Origin: Verrucomicrobiota bacterium
Lineage (GTDB): Bacteria; Verrucomicrobiota; Verrucomicrobiia; Limisphaerales; SXQI01
NCBI GenBank assembly: GCA_033762115.1
Contig: JANRLX010000071.1
Location: 1-64,000, forward strand
Direction: 5' to 3'
Length of the DNA: 64,000 nucleotides
In this document: in pieces, positions 60,135-64,000 of the stretch
How the letters are laid out: every line of letters starts with the position of its first letter
Position numbering within the stretch: the stretch's first letter is position 1
The notes under the pieces: model-generated
What the model was told of the DNA's origin: nothing
Database searches by the model: none
The model's input: only the letters and a program-made list of their open reading frames with translations
Program-made: the position numbers and the translations under genes

Positions 60135-60247
60135 CCAATGTTTTCTCCCCACTAAATCATTCTGATGCCTAAAGTCTGCGGCAGGTTAGCAATGATCCTT
60201 TGGAACGGAATCAGGAGTCCACCTGAATTCCATATCAGGGTTTTCCC

Positions 60248-61300
60248 CTATTTTGTTGAATAGCTTTTGGAATGGCCATTCGATGGAATGGATACCTCAT
60301 ACCTCTTCCCATCGGGGGCCACGGATAATTTGATGTAATTAGCTGAGCAATTCTTCTCCAGGTTCGCAATATGCTCCTCCACAGTATTATTGTGCTTGTC
60401 CTCACGAAGGTTCCTGTGGATTTGGTAAATGGCCTGGATGGAAGGGGTAGATTTCAAGGTGGCAAAGGTTTCAGGTCCACACCCTTTGCTCGTGCCGTTG
60501 CTCATGACCGCAACGGTTGGAGCCAGGTTTTTTACAAGAAGCGGATTATTGCTGGTATCCAATCCGTGGTGATTCACCTGGTAAACATCCACTTTTCCCA
60601 CCTGATTCTGAGGACAAACCAGGCTTTCTTCCACATTCCATGTCAGATCTCCCCCAATAAATAATTGAAAATCTCCAAAATGAATCAGCGAAACGATGCT
60701 GTTCGCGTTATCACTCATATCTTTTTCCTTTTTTCGGGCATCTGCACACGGCTCAGTTGCGTCCACTCCACCGGTAGCCGCTTTTGAAATTTTTTGTTTC
60801 GCTGCAATACACTCAAATTTAAGGGGCGCGCCTTTCTCTGATTGCTTTAATGGCACGGCATCCCCGGCTTGGAGCACATTTCGTTTTTCGGCTTTAAATT
60901 CACGATACGGTTTGATCGTAAGGAGAAAAGTTCGGTCATTGGGATTGTTATCCGGATTCTGGTCCGGAATCCCATTATCCCACACATTCCCAATTGGAAT
61001 CATTTGCGCCAGTTCCGCAGCCCCGCCGAAATGATCGATGTGAAAATGCGTCGTGACCAGGTGGTCGATCTTTTTAAGCTTTGCCGTTTCAGTCGCCACT
61101 TTGTGAATGCGGCCAGGGTCTCTCCCGCCCGGCATTCCGGTATCAATCAGAATTGATTCACCAGCCGGGGTAACAATCAATGTTCCGGCACCTCCTTCAA
61201 CATCAACCCAATAAACATCCAGCCTGCCATCAGCGGCATCAGCCAGGGTTGTGAACGGAATCAGCAGAACGGTCCCCAATAAAACAGAGAGCTTTTTCAT
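60248..61300 (-). CDS. Secreted metallo-beta-lactamase-fold hydrolase (ComEC/Rec2-like)
   Basis: Signal peptide; [31 protein letters not shown]. Confidence 0.85.
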   Translation of the reverse strand: MKKLSVLLGTVLLIPFTTLADAADGRLDVYWVDVEGGAGTLIVTPAGESILIDTGMPGGRDPGRIHKVATETAKLKKIDHLVTTHFHIDHFGGAAELAQMIPIGNVWDNGIPDQNPDNNPNDRTFLLTIKPYREFKAEKRNVLQAGDAVPLKQSEKGAPLKFECIAAKQKISKAATGGVDATEPCADARKKEKDMSDNANSIVSLIHFGDFQLFIGGDLTWNVEESLVCPQNQVGKVDVYQVNHHGLDTSNNPLLVKNLAPTVAVMSNGTSKGCGPETFATLKSTPSIQAIYQIHRNLREDKHNNTVEEHIANLEKNCSANYIKLSVAPDGKRYEVSIPSNGHSKSYSTK

Positions 61301-61511
61301 ATTTCGATATCTGTTGTGTGATTCAGGAACCTACAAACTTATTTATTCGGGATACAGCCGATTCTTCCACCCTGAAGAAGAGTGAAACGCTGGTTGAATC
61401 TCAACAAGGTTCAGTTATCCTTTACTTTATTGCGATGCTTCCCGGTTCTCTTGAGGAGGTTGGACCGCGAGGCGCGGTCAAGCCGGAGAAGCTCCCAAAA
61501 CGAAAGATCAA

Positions 61512-62186
61512 ATGAAATTACCGGCAATTGCCGCACTGACACTCGGGCTCACGTTTACCGCGGCGGCCCAAACTGATAAGGCCACATTGAAAACCGACCA
61601 GGAAAAAGCAGCTTACAGCATTGGATTCAGGATCGGTTCGCAAATGAAAAGCCAGGGAGTTGAGATTAGCCAGGAAAGCCTGGCATCAGGAATCAAGGAC
61701 GCATTGGGCGGCAATCCCCCGGCTTTGTCGGATTCCGAAATGGAACAGGCAATCATGGGAATGCAAAAAACCATGATGGCAAAGATGGAAGCCAAAGGTG
61801 CCGAAGCCAAGAAGGCAGGAGAAGCATTCCTCGCTGAAAACAAAAAAAAGGAAGGGATCAAAACCACCGCCAGCGGTCTCCAATATAAAGTGATCAAGGA
61901 AGGCACCGGCCCAAAACCGACAGCCGAGGACACCGTCTCAACCCATTACAAAGGAACCTTGGTCGATGGCAAGGAATTCGACAGTTCCAAGGGTGAACCC
62001 GTCACCTTCCCTGTCAAGGGAGTCATTCCCGGCTGGACCGAAGCACTTCAATTGATGCCGGTCGGTTCGAAGTGGCAGCTTTTCATTCCTTCCGATCTCG
62101 CTTACGGAGAACGTGGAGCAGGCGGGGCCATTCCTCCCAATTCAACCCTGATCTTTGATATCGAATTGGTTGAAATTAAGAAGTAA
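61512..62186 (+). CDS. FKBP-type peptidyl-prolyl isomerase (Mip/FkpA-like)
   Basis: Signal peptide; SGLQY, HYKGTL, VIPGWTEAL, LAYG, IPPNSTLIF. Confidence 0.95.
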   Translation: MKLPAIAALTLGLTFTAAAQTDKATLKTDQEKAAYSIGFRIGSQMKSQGVEISQESLASGIKDALGGNPPALSDSEMEQAIMGMQKTMMAKMEAKGAEAKKAGEAFLAENKKKEGIKTTASGLQYKVIKEGTGPKPTAEDTVSTHYKGTLVDGKEFDSSKGEPVTFPVKGVIPGWTEALQLMPVGSKWQLFIPSDLAYGERGAGGAIPPNSTLIFDIELVEIKK

Positions 62187-62196
62187 GTTTTTACGC

Positions 62197-62234
62197 AAAC
62201 TGTTGTGGGTACAATCTGCTCACAACAGTTTTTT
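62197..62234 (+). terminator. Intrinsic terminator of the FKBP gene
   Basis: AAACTGTTGTGGG...CTCACAACAGTTT followed by T-run. Confidence 0.8.
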
Positions 62235-62637
62235 CTTTCAGGTTTTCCCTGAGATTGATTTACACCCCTCTCTCGATAGACAATCCAACTCGATCTGTAA
62301 TCCTCATCTTCTCATGCGAGCAAGCCTAGGGTTCGCTGGGAGATGAGGGCGGTCTTTGGTGGGAAAACGCGTACCGCCTTCATCTTTTAATTTGAATCAC
62401 CAACCGAAACCCAAACAACAAGCGCCAGTTGCCCAAAACAACTGGCGCTTCCTCTTGAAGCAGCGGGGAGGCTGAATTCTCCACTCTTCTTGAGAAACCC
62501 TGATCCTTCCGTCCCCACCAACCGTCGATCAACCATTTGAGCTTCTCCTTCCCTCTCCTGTTCAATAAAATTCAATCACTCGACTCATTGACTTGGCAGC
62601 GTGAGGCTTGTACCGTCCCCTTTTAATTTTTGGCGAA

Positions 62638-63366
62638 ATGCTCAACGTGATCGAAAATCTCCTCATTCTTCAAGACCGTGACCGTAAACTCATGCGGATT
62701 GAAGCGGAAATAGCCAGCATTGAACCGCAGCGGCACTCGGTTCAATCCCGCGCTCGCGAATCCCAGGCCCTGCTGGATCAGGCCAAAAACAAAGTCAAAC
62801 AGATCGAGTCTGACCGCAAAAAACTGGAACTCGACGCCGAAGCCAAAAAGGCCCAAATCGACAAATACGCTTCCCAGCAGCTTCTGACAAAGAAGAATGA
62901 TGAATACCGGGCCCTCGCCTCCGAAATCGAACATTGCCGGGAACAAATTCGCGCCCTTGAAGATCAGCAATTGGAACTCATGGAAAAGGCTGAAACCGCC
63001 CAAAAAGAACTTCAGGCCGTCTCACAACAGGTTGCAACAGCCCAGAAAGATGTGGATTCCCAGGTCGCCGCTCTCGCCAACCGTGAAATCGCCCTCAAAA
63101 AACAGTTGGCCGACCTCAAAACTGATTACGATAAACTCGAAGGCGCTGTTGAGGAATCAGTCCGCTCCCGTTACGAACGCCTCCGCAAAGTCAAAGGTGG
63201 CAACACTGTGGTCGGGATTGAACATTCCGTTTGTGGCGGTTGCCATATGAAATTGCCTACCCAGATCATTCGTTCCTGTCAGGGGCAGCAGGAAATTGTT
63301 TCATGCCCAAACTGTGGGCGCATCCTTTACTACTCCCGCGAGATGGATCTTGCAGCAGCTGACTAA
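62638..63366 (+). CDS. Coiled-coil protein with C4 Zn-ribbon (DUF164/CT398-like)
   Basis: LLILQDRD, long coiled coil, CGGCHM, CPNCGRILY. Confidence 0.9.
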   Translation: MLNVIENLLILQDRDRKLMRIEAEIASIEPQRHSVQSRARESQALLDQAKNKVKQIESDRKKLELDAEAKKAQIDKYASQQLLTKKNDEYRALASEIEHCREQIRALEDQQLELMEKAETAQKELQAVSQQVATAQKDVDSQVAALANREIALKKQLADLKTDYDKLEGAVEESVRSRYERLRKVKGGNTVVGIEHSVCGGCHMKLPTQIIRSCQGQQEIVSCPNCGRILYYSREMDLAAAD

Positions 63367-63374
63367 TTATTCCC

Positions 63375-64000
63375 ATGCAGATGCCCCCCAGTCCTGTTCC
63401 CATTGCGATTGATGATGAAATCAACGCGCGCATCCTTTCCGTTTCCGAAGACAAAATTCACGGTTTTCAGCGCAACCCCCTTGCTTTCGTTGCCACGGAA
63501 ACAGGCATTCCGCTCGCCACCGTCATTGAACGCATCCAGGCCATGCTCAAGGCGGGCACCATTCGTCGTGTTCGCCAGACCCTTATGGCCACCAACCTCG
63601 CCCCGGGCGCACTGGTTGCCTGGCAGGTCTCCACGGACAAGCTGGATGCAGGCTTCGATTACCTCTTTCACAAAGACCCCTTTTCAGGTCATGTCGTCGT
63701 GCGCTCCGCCGACCCTGCATCTCCCGGTTCAAACTACAAATTGTGGACCACTCTAAAAGTTCCGCAGGGCTATTCCATGGAGAAACATGCCGAATTTCTC
63801 CGGGCCAAAATTGGCGCGGAACATTTCAGGCTCATGCCGGCCAAACGCCTTTTCGCCCTCGGAGTTGGCCATGTACGCCGCCGCGGGATGCCCATTGGCA
63901 GCCGCTCTGACGAACCTGCCGAGGTCGTGGATGTGAACGTTGTCACACTCAATGAATTGGAGTGGCGCGTTCTGGTTGCCCTGAAACGGGAGTTCGAGCC
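63375..64000 (+). CDS. Lrp/AsnC-like siroheme decarboxylase (AhbA/B, NirDL-like) family protein, partial; absent from the ORF track
   Basis: Own translation from ATG 63375: MQMPPSPVP...NARIL...VIERIQAMLKAGTIRRV...ALVAW...GHVVVR...YKLWT; open to the window end. Confidence 0.65.
   Translation, partial: MQMPPSPVPIAIDDEINARILSVSEDKIHGFQRNPLAFVATETGIPLATVIERIQAMLKAGTIRRVRQTLMATNLAPGALVAWQVSTDKLDAGFDYLFHKDPFSGHVVVRSADPASPGSNYKLWTTLKVPQGYSMEKHAEFLRAKIGAEHFRLMPAKRLFALGVGHVRRRGMPIGSRSDEPAEVVDVNVVTLNELEWRVLVALKREFE

Noticed and set aside
62250..62630. RNase P, tmRNA, SRP, 6S RNA or tRNA in the large intergenic gap
   Set aside because: No GAGGAAAGUCC, tRNA-like ends, SRP core or single long 6S-like hairpin visible

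Overview
Chromosomal bacterial window, most likely Verrucomicrobiota (Pedosphaera/Limisphaera-like; inferred from the rpsF-ssb-rplI order and the protein styles). Left arm (+): two Fe/Mn superoxide dismutases around a secreted repeat protein, rsmI, prs-rplY-pth-rpsF-ssb-rplI, feoA-feoA-feoB, a myo-inositol oxygenase homologue and an FHA/Zn-finger protein. Centre (-): a BON lipoprotein and a ~6,900-aa surface protein. Right arm: chrA, a GldA/F/G-DUF4340 ABC module, pdxJ-acpS, a NarL-type regulator with general-stress genes, thiG-hldA-gmhB-kdsB-pyrG-folC, glcD, proA with an ATP-grasp-like gene, hydrolases, an FKBP, a Zn-ribbon protein and a partial AhbA/B-like gene. I saw no tRNA, rRNA, CRISPR array or transposase. 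Best leads: (1) the giant protein has FG-GAP propellers, a LamG domain and a 12-Cys helical segment inserted into a repetitive scaffold, and shares a C-terminal motif with the second secreted protein; (2) a 16-bp TCAGG-N6-CCCTA-like box recurs upstream of stress genes and of candidate GGA-rich sRNAs; (3) a 166-bp MITE-like element supplies the stop codons of two convergent genes; (4) the promoter and terminator of sodA appear duplicated in front of the second SOD. All family calls are by motif recognition; no searches were run.
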